From: Takakia lepidozioides
Taxonomy: Eukaryota > Plantae > Bryophyta
Assembly (NCBI GenBank): GCA_030704615.1
Contig: CM060734.1
Span: forward strand, 124,001 to 188,000
Direction: 5' to 3'
Length of the DNA stretch: 64,000 nucleotides
The position numbers and the translations under genes were made by a program. The stretch's first letter is position 1, and every line of letters starts with the position of its first letter. Positions 1 to 12,539 of this stretch are shown in pieces. The notes below the pieces were generated by a model. The model worked only from the letters and a program-made list of their open reading frames with translations. It was not told the DNA's origin and did no database searches.

Positions 1-3
1 TAG

Positions 4-321
4 ACAAGAGAGGCTCCCCCCCCTGACCGTATCTTTGATCTCTTCACAATTGACCTATATGACTCCTGCCTAAAAGCTCTATCCAAAGAAAAGGCCCAGG
101 GCCCAGATCTCATCCCCAATGCCATACTTCAAGCATTTGACCCCCAATTCCATGCTCTTCTATTTAAATTCCTTCAACTCTGCTACCGACTGCATCGTAT
201 ACCACACTCCTTGAAGCATAGTCGGACCATCCTACTATTTAAAAAAGCCCACCCCACAAACCTTAGTAACTACAGGCCCATAGCATTTGCAAACACCATA
301 TACAAACTATTCACCATTTAG
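4..321 (+). mobile_element. Non-LTR retrotransposon reverse-transcriptase fragment (N-terminal RT subdomains), truncated
   Basis: Frame +1 reads KAQGPDLIPN...LKHSRTILLFKKAHPTNLSNYRPIAFANTIYKLFT, the canonical LINE GPD / NYRPI..N..YK motifs. Similarity ends abruptly at ~320. Confidence 0.9.
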
Positions 322-846
322 TGTTTACCCACCCCTTGTTTTGGGTAAAACATGTGTACAAAACCAAAGGGGGCAGGTATTGGGACTTAGGTAATGAAGT
401 CTGGCAGGGGTTTACCACCTGGTTATATTCAGACAAAACATGTACCAGCAGCATATCATAATTGGGTATTTTTTTATGGTGCTATAAAGAGCAAAGCCAT
501 AACCAGGAGAAAACATGGGGGGGGGCATATAAGGCAAGGGAGGCTCATTCTCCCCTCACTTCCTCTCCACACAACTTCTATGCGTGGCATGTAATTATTC
601 CACGACACGTAGTCACGTGGAGAAGGAGGCCATTGGTTGGGTGGGAGGTATTTTTTGCCGCGATTTCTGTGAGGTCGTTGCAAAATGCTCCCATAGGCCC
701 TCATCTGGCTTCCATGATCATTTTATTCTACAAAATTAGCTTTTAGGAAGTATTTTGACACCTACTCAAACCTACTTAACGGGGGAAGGGTTTAGAGGTA
801 CGTCTTTTTAGAAAACCTCGTTTAGTGTTGCTCCAATTGTTGCAGA

Positions 847-3219
847 ATGGCAGAGGGCCAGGATGATGAGCGTCATGGAAGAGATGACCCCAATGAACAT
901 GGACTGCCCCCTAAGAAAATCAAGGGTCAAGGCAAGACTTGAATTGGGAAGTATATGATGACCCTAGCATACTAGCAGAAGAGGGCTGGGAGGATGTTCC
1001 AGAAGAGTTCAGGTGGCCGATGGCGAGATGTAAAAAAATCGTGAAGTGGTACCACATCAATCGATTGTGGCCTTTAAATAGGCATGACGTGCAAACCCGA
1101 AACAATTACGTAGAGTCCAGGTCTTGCACGAACTTGCATTTCCAGCGTAGGGCAAATGAGGTGCATTGCACATTGTGGGGTCAACCTCTCTTAAAGGGCC
1201 AAATCCCGTACACCTTGGCAGCCATGTTGTACGTTGAGGTGATATTGTTGCGTCCGGTGAATTGACAAACTGCTAGTAGGAGGAACGCAAGGATGCTATA
1301 CGATTTGGAGTACATCCCGGACACGTTTGGAACACATCCGGCTGCAACGTTAGAGGAACAACTGGTGGAAAGAGACCAGCAAATCATGACCCTGCATGAC
1401 CGACTGGACTGACAAACACTGCGCATAGCCGAGTTGGAAGCTAGATTGCAAGACATGCCTCCAAACAATGAAGGCACTGTTGTCCACAATGAGGTTCGAA
1501 CAAACGTCGTGGACATGGACGCGGAGTTTGCAATGTCCGATCGCAATATTGACCGCATCATTCACGAAATTACGGACGCCCTTGACCCTGCGGCCGATGA
1601 AACCATGGTTGAGGAACAACGAATTGCGGATGAAAGAAGGAGGAAAGGAAAAGAACCAGTAGTGGATACTGGGGAATGCTCGAGGGTCGCCATTCAATCC
1701 GAGATGAATGCGATATCTGATGTCGACCACGTTACAAAGGAGAGGGACATTGCAATGACAACTACATGGCACTTGTCCAAAACATTAGAGATTCGGGCAT
1801 GGGTCCCATTGAATGACGATTGGGAGAATTGGGTATAATGGGTGACCCATTTGGCCTCCAGAGAAGCATGGGTAGAGCGGGCACTGTCAGCCTTGCAACG
1901 TGTCGCACGCATGTCAAACCATAGCGTGGATAGCATTTATGCCAACATGCAAAGGTATAACGATCTCCGCAATGCATCAAGCGTGTTCGCCGGGTATACC
2001 AACTGAGCAAATGTAGAATCTATGTTCGATCGATGTGAGCACAGAATTTCGGGGTCGAACAGAAGCATAACCTGGGAATTGGAGATAGAGGAAGAGTGGG
2101 ACACCAGAACAAGGGTGACTAGCCACATCAAACCGGCCAAGAGGGAGGAGATACCACGACGCGTTTTGCCGTCATGGATATCAGATGACACAGTTTTTTC
2201 GATGTGCAGGAATCCATATGGCCCAGATGGATGTCATGTACTAGGATCATGTGGACATATGTTCCATCTCACATGTCTTATCCTTATCCCGCAAACTTTG
2301 TGGATGAGCGCTTGCCCAGAATACCGTACACCGATCCATCGCCGTTTCTATGAGCTGGTGGGCTTGGAGGAAAAGATGCCCATATGTTTTGAATACAATC
2401 GACACAACCTCCCATTGGATGGGCAACCATTTACATTTCTGAATTGTGTGCATTGGGGCAAGAACTTGATATGGGATGCATACAGAGAGATGCAGACAGA
2501 GAGATACAGACAGAGAGATGCATGCCATACATGTCGGAAACCCGGCATACGTTAAAAATCCCCAGTATTTTTGGGTCATGTATGACTGGGCGATAACGAT
2601 ACATGCGGGAGGCATTCCCGATTGGTGGGAGAGAGAGCAATTTTGCCGCAATTTGGGAGGGCATTGGAGTCAGAGAAGGTCCAGGTTTATCCAGCTCCCA
2701 CAAATTCCATGGGTGCTGGAGGAGAACGAATTGTATAACCGAGAACCGATTGGGAGACGTTTGTTGCTGTCCGAACTGGAAGATGCTATAATATGTCAAC
2801 GCCGAATAAATGAGGCGTACGAGGCGGCTTATCGTCGAAACGACACAATGGTTAGGGACATGGCCCGCGAGAGGCAGTTGGAGAGTTTCAAAACTACCAT
2901 CAAAGCAGTTGTATAGCAATGGAGGCGACTGTGGATAGACCGTTATCATCGTGTTTTGGGGGCTCTATTGCCAAATGTGGACGGCCTCGTTGTCGATTTG
3001 CATGCAGCCCGAGCACTTGTTGTCGATCCACCTCCGCCACATCATGAGAGTGAAGAAGAAAGTCAACTTTCGCCACGAAGTAGGCGGATGCAGGCCAAAA
3101 TTGATCACATGCCATTGGGCCCTTCATTGACTATGAGATCACGGTCACAAGCTCTGGCAATTGGCAGTGCAAATCAGGCCACAACATCACATCTCTTGTC
3201 CTCGGACAGTGACGACTAG
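847..3219 (+). pseudogene. Decayed ~790-codon gene with a RING-H2-type finger, probably transposon-borne
   Basis: ORFs 939, 1434 and 2022 share one frame; ORFs 2476 and 2956 share a second. RING-like (S)MCRNPYGPDGCHVLGSCGHMFHLTCL...CPEYR at ~2200-2330 has some Cys lost. Many TGA/TAG/TAA stops and no obvious introns. Confidence 0.65.
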
Positions 3220-3684
3220 GCTTTAAATTACTGACGACGTAGTACATAGATAATGTACATTCTTGTTGTACCTTGAATTTTGTTGGAAAACACAGTGATA
3301 GCACTCCGCCAATTTTGTATATGCACTAATTTTGTTAATACACAATGCACATGTGCGGCACCTGCCAATTTCAATTGCATGAGCAGCGTATTCTTCACAT
3401 TTTCACTCGTGTGATGGGGAAGAAGTAGTTCACCCTGTAAACAAATTCACAGTGGTGTTATATTTGGTCATGATATGTATGTGGGTATCTGCAATGAACT
3501 CCGAAAGCTGGAGAACAAGGAAAATTGATGTTAATCAATAAGTTATAACGAGTTACAAATGGTCGTCTTCCAAACAAATTTCACCTGGTCCCTGCGTATT
3601 TCATAATCATTTCGTAAATTCTATGATCTATCTACGTATGACGAACATACCCACAAAGTTCTCGAAGCACAAAATAATTTTGAT

Positions 3685-4970
3685 TGATCTCATATTACTC
3701 TGGGGCCTGTCGTATGGTACGTTGTACATGCTGGCCAAGTCTCAAAGTGAACGGAAATCATTTGGATGGGCAACCATCCGTTGGTCCAATGAACGATTTT
3801 CGTTTCATCTCATATTACTCTGGGACCTCTTAGATGGTACATTGAACATACTAGCCAAGTCTCAAAGCGATCCAAAATCAATTGGATGGGCAACCATCCG
3901 TTGGTCCAATGAACGATTTTCGTTTCATCTCATATTACTCTGGGACCTCTTAGATGGTACATTGAACATACTAGCCAAGTCTCAAAGCGATCCAAAATCA
4001 TTTCGATGGGCAACCCTCCGTTGAGCCATCGAAGATTTCGATTGATCTCATATTAGTCCGGGACCTATGAGAGAGTGTCCCGAACGTACTGGCAAAGTTT
4101 GAAAGCAAACAAAAATGATTTGGATGGGCAACCATCCGTTCACCCGTTGAATGAATTCCGTTGGATCTGCTATTACTATAGGACCTGTTGGACTGCATTT
4201 CATGTGTTCATGATTTTTTTTTCATTCTGTTTTTGAGCCGTATGTGTAATGACTCCATATGCAATGTGCGTGCCAAATTTGGGAGCGAACAAAATTTGTT
4301 TGGGCCTACAACCACAATTTCTTCCCTGTTTTGCACTCCAAACTTGATTTGTGTTCTACTTCATGAACTCTTCATAGAAAGTTCTATAATAGTGAGCGAA
4401 GATAACATTTTTTTTTTTAGATCAATTTTATTTGGTTCAAATTTTTGCAGGATGTAGGGGTAAGAGGCTTGAAGCCGCAGAACAAAATTGAGCCAAAAAC
4501 AAAATCGATACGTGGCAGAAACCCCCAATCAAAGGCAGTGTAAACCTATTTATTGGCTTAAAATTCATTAAAATTCAATTAAATTGTGGAATGGCTTGAG
4601 GGCTGAGCGCGTCGATGGGGAGGCAAATGATTTGTTCTTCTGTTGTGTCTCTGCACATGTGTCGCACACATGTTCAAGCACATGCGGGCAAAAGATGGGC
4701 TTCAACCACATCTGTTCAATGGGTGCAATAGCCGTGCACGCATTGCAAGATTTTTTTTTCGCAATGAATAAAAACTGGATGACAGGTGAACGCCTCATTG
4801 ACCCATCGAACGAATTTCAATTGATCTCATATTATTATGGGGCCTGTCAGATGGTACGTTGAACATGTTGGCAAGGTCTCAAAGCGAACGAAAATCATTT
4901 GGATGGGCAACCATCCGTTGGCCCATTGAACGATATTCGTTTCATCTCATATTACTTTGGGACCTCTTAT
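3685..4970. repeat. ~120-bp tandem array (about 5 copies plus a detached copy at ~4820-4970)
   Basis: The unit atctcatattactctgggacctc...ggatgggcaaccatccgtt recurs at ~3685, 3805, 3925, 4045, 4165 and 4822. Confidence 0.9.
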
Positions 4971-5240
4971 TACGCCGGCTTCAGCATGAGTCTTCTCTCT
5001 CTTGTGCAAGGTATAATTGCACGGTTTCTAAAGCTGCTTTTATCTCAAAAAATGAAATGGAAACTGAAATCAACGGTATATCTGAAACCACACTGTCTTC
5101 TTCTTCATCCTCTTGATTGAACATTCATCCCCTTAAGAGTGGATGAATGTTTTATCAAACCGACTATATAAGGCTCGGCATAAGATCTAAGAACTATAGA
5201 GGTGTCTTAACAAAGATGAGAGCCATATTTTCATAACACA

Positions 5241-5712
5241 CTAGGGTAGCATGTGCCGTTGGCCCAAGTGTCAAGTATCATCTAAGCCCAAGTGCAATCT
5301 CCTATGTATGCAAGTGCCTCTCCTATGTCGAGGCCCAAGTGCGACCCTTAGGGTAGCCTCTGCCGTTGGCCCAAGGGTCCAATGTCATCTAAGTCCAAAT
5401 GTCTTTAAAAGACTGCGATGTAGTGACATAGAGATAATCAATCTACGTCTTGTGAGTAAAGGATGTTGTCGAGGCTCCAACCATTGTCCCATGAATTCCC
5501 ACTTTGCTATTTTTCGGGAATTTCCAGCGATCCAAAGTACTCGAAATTCCACATCTCCCACACCGCAAGTCCAAAAAACATGAGACCAAGCCCATGCACC
5601 CCTCCTCGTCGAGGGCTTTCCAATGGTACCAAGCACCAGGGCTGGGGCCTCGCAGTTGGGGACAATATCTCAAATCTACAAAACAAAACAAACATCTCGT
5701 TTCATATATTGA
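5241..5712 (-). mobile_element. Non-autonomous Helitron, copy A
   Basis: The minus strand starts TCAATATATG (5712) and ends ...gccaacggcacatgctaccCTAG (5241) followed by T. This fits a TC 5' end, GC hairpin and CTAG 3' end. Confidence 0.7.
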
Positions 5713-6321
5713 CTAGGGTAGCTTGTGTCGTTGGCCCAAGTGTCCAGGGTCATCTAAGCCCAAGTGCAATCTCCCATGCATTCAAATGCGTCTATCTAGG
5801 CCCAAGTGTGACCTCCAAGGTAGCCTGTACCATTGGCCCAAGTGTCAAATGTCATCTAAGTCATCCAAGTCTAATCATATTTTTTCTAGAGAATCTACGA
5901 CCTGATTTGAACTGGAGACCTTTTCCTTGATATCTCTCCTGTCGAGGCTCCAACCATTGTCCAGCGACCAAAAGTACTTGAAATTCGTTTTAGCCATATC
6001 TCATCATTTTTTTTTCCACATAGCCTACAACCAGATTTGAACCGGAGACCTTTCCCTTGATATCTCTCCTCTCGAGGCTCCAACCATTGTCCCGGGAATG
6101 CCCACTTTGCAAGTTTCCAGCGACCCAAAGTACTTGAAACTCCATATCTCCCACACCGCATGTCTAAAAATCGGGAGACCGAGCCCGTGCACCCCTCCTC
6201 GTCGAGGGCTTTCCAACGGGACCAAGCACTTAGGGTGGGGCCCCGCAGTTTGGGACATCTCAAATCTACAAAACAAACAAAACAAAACAAAACAAAACAA
6301 ACGTCTCGATTCATATATTGA
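5713..6321 (-). mobile_element. Non-autonomous Helitron, copy B, head-to-tail with copy A
   Basis: A|TCAATATATG at 6321; its CTAG 3' end (5713-5716) directly abuts the TC of copy A. Same internal cccctcctcgtcgagggctttcc block as copy A. Confidence 0.7.
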
Positions 6322-6439
6322 TATCAAATAACGCTCTTATGTCATTTTCAAGTCTAAATTTTTACAGAGCCAAGATTTCATAATATTAAGGGTGACATAA
6401 CAAAAAAGCAGGTAACACTTATCCAGGGTCGACTGTATT

Positions 6440-7080
6440 AAGGCTATATTATCCGGCTTCAAGCCTTCATTTTGTATTCCTTCAAATTGTTGCACGGTCT
6501 CCCTATAACAACCATGTTGAGCATCTCCTGCAATCATCGTGTTCCACGACACCATATCGTGTTCGGCCATATTATTCAAAACTCCCTTTGCACACTTGAT
6601 GCACCCACATTTGGCATACATGCCCACCAAGGCAGCGTTCAGAATGACATCGGGTACAACTCCAACATTGACGATTTCACCATGGACCTCTTTGCCAATC
6701 CAGGGCTGCCAGGCTCACACACGCATTGCAAACACAAACAAACTTGATCCCGTTAGGCTTCACCCCTTCCCGCATCATTTGCTCATAGGTCTCCAAAGCC
6801 TCCATTCATCGCCCCTGTTGTGCACATCATGCAATCATCACACTCCACAACACCACATCATGTGCAGCCATATTGTCGAACACTCCTTTGGCATTCTTGA
6901 AGCTCCCACATGTGGCATACATCTTCATTAGGGCACTTTTAGAACAACATCTGGTACACTTCCACCATAGACCTCTCTTGCCCTTTTCCAGGGCTGCCAG
7001 GCTCGCACACGGATTACAAACACAAACAAAAGTGGTGTGGTTGGGCTCAACACCCCTTCCAATAGCCATATGTTGTTTTG
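6440..7080 (-). pseudogene. PLS-class pentatricopeptide repeat (PPR) gene fragment
   Basis: MYAKCGCIKCAKGVLNNMAEHDMVSWNTMIAG...GLKPDNI, MYATCGSFKNAKGVFDNMAAHDVVLWSVMIA and GVEPNHTTFVCVCNPCASLAALEKGK are typical P/L/S motifs. The reading frame is broken by frameshifts. Confidence 0.9.
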
Positions 7081-8849
7081 GTCCGTGTACTTGCAGCAAC
7101 CCCCATTCTAGTAACGATTGCAACAGGAGGCTCGTCTAAGCATGAGAAGTGACGATTGAGAGTCATGTCCAAGTCCAAAGCGTCCATCTCCGCCCCTGCT
7201 ATGGATATCCTATCATCTTCGCGTGGCATTCCACGACACAGGCAAAAGAAAAAAGACGAAGGTTCCAAGCAGACCACGCAACCCTATAACCTAATTAACC
7301 AACTTTTTGAATTTTTTACTTTTTGAACTTTTAGTGGGATAATGCACTTTATGTTATCCCATGGTTTGGAGCTCAAATGCTCTAGGGTATGTTGGCCTAT
7401 GACCATTCAAATAACGATGGTGAAAAATCTAACGGTGAATTTTTGTCATTTTTATCTCAGGTAAATTTCATAAGGTGTCCCACATATGGGGCAACCTACT
7501 AGCCTCTTTGTGAACGAAATATGCGGCCAAAATCATCCAATAGGTGGATGAAATCATCAAAATATCATTCATCTAATCAAATAATCCATCAGTGCATTTT
7601 ATATCGATGAAATCATCTTATAGGTGGATGAAATCATCCAAATATCATACAGTTAATCAAATCATCCATCAATGGATTTTCAAAAGAGTCATGCGGAGGA
7701 CCCTATCCTGGTCAATGGAAGTTGACCATGATTGAAAAAAATTAGGGTCATCCTTAATACTCTTTAAAGTCATATACACGATCCATGTTGGGTCACAAAT
7801 ATGACTCTATTGCAGTCAACCAACGTTGACGGATTTTCCAAAATTTCAATAGTTTTTTAGTCATGTACATGACCTTTGAGGTCATGAACGTGGGTCACGT
7901 ATATTCTAGTCAAACGATGTTGACCAATATTCCGAAATTTCAGCTGAACGTTTAGTCATATATACTACCCTTTTGGGACATATCCATGACCCTTTTGATC
8001 CCCAAAGACCTTGAGTCATGGTTTAGTCATGAAATTCATGACTCTCAAATAAAAAGAGTCATAAAAACCATGGATACTGTCACAACTTTGGAGAGTCTCC
8101 ACCCCGGTGCGGACGACATCCTTCCCTCCTTCGTGGAGGACTTTGAACCTGATGGGGTAGATGCATGGTTGGGTGGCTCAGAAACTGCATGACATAGCAG
8201 TTTCTGCAGTGACCTCCATCCATGATTTCAACTATATTTTTCCAACAAATCAGAATTTCACGTAAGTTTGGTTGAAGTAAGGTTTCTAACTATAATAGAA
8301 ATGTGCACCAATTGTTAGATTGCAAAAAAGTTTATTTGTTACAGAGCTATGGACTTTTTAAGATGATTGCTATGGACTGCAGATGTTACAGCATGGAATC
8401 TTATGGACTAAAAAGATGGATACACTCATATAATGGTAGAAAGGAAAACACAGTAGATGTGCCATTCTTGAAGCCAATCCAAATCCATTTTTATATGGAC
8501 TAATTACCTTAGGAATTGAGAGCTATGGACTATTTTATACATAAAAAAACATGTTGATTTTCTCTAGTCCATAGCATATTATGTTTTGGGTTTTTTGGGT
8601 ATCATCTTTTACTAAAAAAACATACAAACCTATAATCTAAAATGGCCAGGTGGTATATGGACAAATGGTTGTAAATTCTAAGTTTTGACGTCTAAATATT
8701 ATTAAATTTTTTAGTAAACAACATCTTCAATATTTATGGGGGTACTCTTTACTAAAAATGTTAGGTCTACTACTTTCTATTTTGTAAAAAATAAACTGAA
8801 AACATATGGGGTTTTTTTTTTTTTTTTTTTTTTTTTTTTCATGTGTCAT

Positions 8850-11830
8850 GGTTTTAGTCATGGTTAACTAGAATTACCTACTTCTAGTTAACTAGGACAT
8901 TTTGGATATTTATATTTGTATTTTTTGTGTTGGGACTTCATTTGGTCTCACATGCCAAGTGAGGTGTCAAACCTCACTTGGGACATGGGGATAGGTTTCC
9001 CCTTGTGAGTGTTGAGGAGGGCTCATCTTCTTGTAGTTGAGCCTCCATGCGCCTCTCTCACCTCCATAGCTCTAGGTATTGAGAGGGAGTGTGTTGAGGG
9101 CTTTGTAGGGTGGATTCCCTTAGCAAGGGTGTCCTTGGCTTGACTTAGTTTCATGCGGTGTCACGACACCAATAGCACATATTGCAGCACGAGTTCGTAT
9201 TACTCTGGTGTCCGTAGGGTGATTGGTTACATTTGGCACATGCACATTATAAGGGTAATGACATAATAGAAGAACGGAAGGAGGATCGGAAAAATTTGTA
9301 AATTGCATTTTGGCTATGATTTCACCATTTCATGAGTGGAGTGTTTCCATTGTGTTCACTTTTATTATCACTACAAGAAGATGACCTTATGCTTGTGAGT
9401 GCGGAGTGTAAGGGTTAGTTTAGCACTTGTGTGTTGAAGAGCTTGGGAAGATAGCTCTTGTGTTGCAAGGTGTTGCATATATTGTAAAGGAAAATCCTTG
9501 TGGTGTTAGGGCTTTGAGAGATATTGCTTTGCCCTAATGAGGTGGAGAGCTCAAAGATGGAGCTTTTGTAGATCACAAAGGTTGCAAGGAAAAGTACTTG
9601 TGGTATTACACCAAGGTGTTGGAGAGCTCAAGAAGGAGCTTGTTGCCACAAGATTTGCAAGGATTGCAAGAGGGAAGTCTTGTGTGTGTGGAAGCACGGA
9701 TTCTAGGGTTTGAGAATCATTTCTATGCATTATGGAGTCAATGGTGTGTGCCATGGCTTGAGGAGAGCAACTAAATGATTGTTAGTGCTCATTTCACTAT
9801 CAATCTAGGGTTAACCAAGCTCAATTGTGGAGTTGTGGATGATAAGCCAAGGAGCTACATAGGCTTGGGCTTGAAGACAACAAGGGCAAGCACTTGGAAA
9901 GCATTAGGAAGCTCAAGAGGTTTGAAGGGAAACATATGGGTGAAAATTCTATCCATGATGATGTGAAACCAAGCCTAGAGCATTGAAGAGCTTGGAGCAC
10001 ATGTGGGAGATCATTGGAGGTGGTCTTCATGAAGAAAAGAGATTGTGGCTCAAGGCATGCATAGCAACTTCAACCATACATTAGCATGTGACAAGACAAG
10101 GAAGGGGAAGGTGAAGCTCATGTATTCATTCCCTTTTGGCTTAAGTTTTATGGTGGATGGTTGATCAAGCAAGTGATGCTTATGTGGGAGCATGCTTCCC
10201 AAGTGTGGCTTCCAGTTTAAAGCTTGAGGAGAGCTAGAAGGTAAAGGGAGAAAGTTGATTCCCTTGTGTATGAGGTGATGCATGTGTGGAGCATGCTTTT
10301 GGCTTGAGCTTTGCAATTTCAAGCTTGAGAGGAGTGGCTCTTGAGCTAGCAAGTGAAGGGAGCTTGAATGACCAAGGCTTGAGATGAGACAAGGCTTGGT
10401 GGCTTGCCAAATGAGGTATAAGCTTGATTTTGAGTTCCAATGAGAAATTGAGCTTGTTGTGTGGCCAATGCATTGCTAGTTGAGTTGGAGACAAACTTGA
10501 GTAGCTTAAGGTGAAGAAGATCAAAGGAATTTGCCTTGGCACCCCATAGAATTCATGGATGCTTGAGGGGATTAAGCATAGAGCCCCAAGGAGCACAAAC
10601 CCTAGCTTGGTAAGGCTAAACCTCAAGAAAATAGAGGGGGAAGTGGCTAAAGCCTAGGGGGAAATGGCTAAACCCTGGGGGGAAATGGACTACTCTATGA
10701 GGGGGAAATGGCTATTCCTAAGGAGAATATAAGGGGGAATACAAAAAAAAAAAACGTATAGACCCAGGGGAATACTGGGGGAATACTATGGCAGATTCTC
10801 AAGAATACTCTTAGGGAACTTAGGGAACTTATTGGGAACCTATTGGGAACCCATTGGGAATGCATTGGGAACATGGTGACATAGGAAGAGTCCTTGGAGG
10901 TCTGTTTGGGGTCCTTGGAGGACCATTGGGAGTCCTTGGAGGACTGTTTGGAGGACCATTGGGAGTCCTTGGATGACTGTTTGGAGTCCTTGGAGGACTA
11001 TTTGGAAGACCATTGGGAGTGCTTGGAGGACTGTTTGGGGTCCTTGGAGGACCATTTGGAGTTCTTTGGAGGACTATTTGGGGTCCTTGGAGGCCAATAC
11101 TTGGCGAGCTTGAGGAGTCTTTGGCGACTTGTGTGATGGACTATTTGGGGTCCTCGAGGGCTAAGTTTTGGCAGGCTCTTGGGGCCTTGGTGTACTGTTT
11201 TGGAGTCCCATTGTACAAGGATTGGGAGCCTTAGTGAGATTGTTTGAGAGACATATTCTTGAGGGCTCCTGGAGAGTTATTTGAGAGACCCTTGAAAGGT
11301 AGTCTTGTCTATTGTTCAAGCAAGAGAGTGTGGAGATAGGGTAGTGGGATGAGGGCATGCTGGGATTAGGAATTGCTTTAGTCTTTCTTTCTTGTAGTCT
11401 TTCACCTTCTCTGTAGGCCAAAACCTTTCCATAGGTGGAGGCAAGAGTCAGTCCGGGTTTGGGCTGGAGTATCATTGCAGGAGCGACACTGTGGAGTGTT
11501 TTTGGTGTGGGGGAGTTGTTGTCTTGATTTTCTTGTGTTTGGATTCCCTCGACACCTGCATGCTTGACTGTGCACCATGTTAGCTTTGTGTGGACGCTTG
11601 TTTTCATAGGAGGTTGGTCTGGATTTGATCACCGGTCAATCCTAGAGCGTGCTGTCGGTGGTGAGGCTGGGGTGATGACCAATCAGACCATCATTGTTTC
11701 TCTTATGGTGAGGCTGGGTTGATGATCAGCAGACCGTAGGAGTGCTTGCGGTGGATGCAGGTACAAGTTTATATTACGAACCTAGTAGTCTAAACCATAA
11801 GCCGCAACAGGTTTTCTACCCGGTTACCTT
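8850..11830 (+). mobile_element. Long LTR / 5' region of a Ty3/Gypsy element (5' boundary uncertain)
   Basis: CG-poor non-coding block directly upstream of a gag-like ORF. It shares ggctcatctt...gttgagcctc and tggattccc...cttggcttgactt with the LTR at 44497-45004. Confidence 0.6.
10840..11170. repeat. Degenerate ~21-bp tandem repeat in the LTR (mirrored at ~23050-23350, 21 bp shorter)
   Basis: Repeated ttggaggaccattgggagtcc / ttggaggactgtttggggtcc. Confidence 0.85.
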
Positions 11831-11891
11831 GTGGAAAGGGGGATTAGAGACAAGTTTACAACAGGTGTGGTTGTGAGTTTTCATCACGGAG

Positions 11892-12380
11892 GTGTCACCA
11901 GCTGCTAAGGAGAGTGCCGGTACAAGCACCAGCGATACTAGTGGGTATACAAGACGAGGTGTGCGGTTTAGGCCACCTTCACCTTCAGTGTCTTCTGAGG
12001 AAGGTTCAGACTCAGAGTTAGGAGGATTCTCGCCGAGGGTGCAAGCCATTTCCGTGCCATTGTTGTGGGATACGATGGAGGAAATGTATGGAGCTACCAA
12101 GGGGCCACGTCGGTACTCTGGAGCTGTGGGCACCATTGAGCTTGATGATTTCATACATGAGTTTGATAGTTGGTGTGATTTGCAGCAGATGCGCAATCCA
12201 CAACTGCTTACGCCTTTTATGGCGTGGAAGGGGTTGTTTCAGCACCTTGAGGGGCCCATGGATGACTACCATGAGTTTAGGCGGGGACATGAGGTGGAGA
12301 TTGAGGAATGACGGGTGTATTGGTCACTTGACTATGTCTCCATCTCTAGAAGCACAAGGGCAGTGGTGACACCGGCAGCT
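11892..12380 (+). pseudogene. Gypsy gag N-terminus, truncated by the hAT insertion
   Basis: MYGATKGPRRYSGAVGTIELDDFIHEFDSWCD...WKGLFQHLEG has a retrotransposon-gag-like YSG...DDF..F pattern. It follows the LTR-like block and has a TGA at 12309. Confidence 0.7.
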
Positions 12381-12539
12381 ACACCCTCGGTTATCAACGA
12401 CACGTCCGTCAGTCAGCGTTAGATCATGTCAGACCTGGCGCTGACGGGACCTCCGTCACGTCAGGTTCGGGGAATATTTAGGTAAAAATAATACCAGGTA
12501 AAATACTGCCACTTAAGCAGCCACGTCGCCCACATGGTG

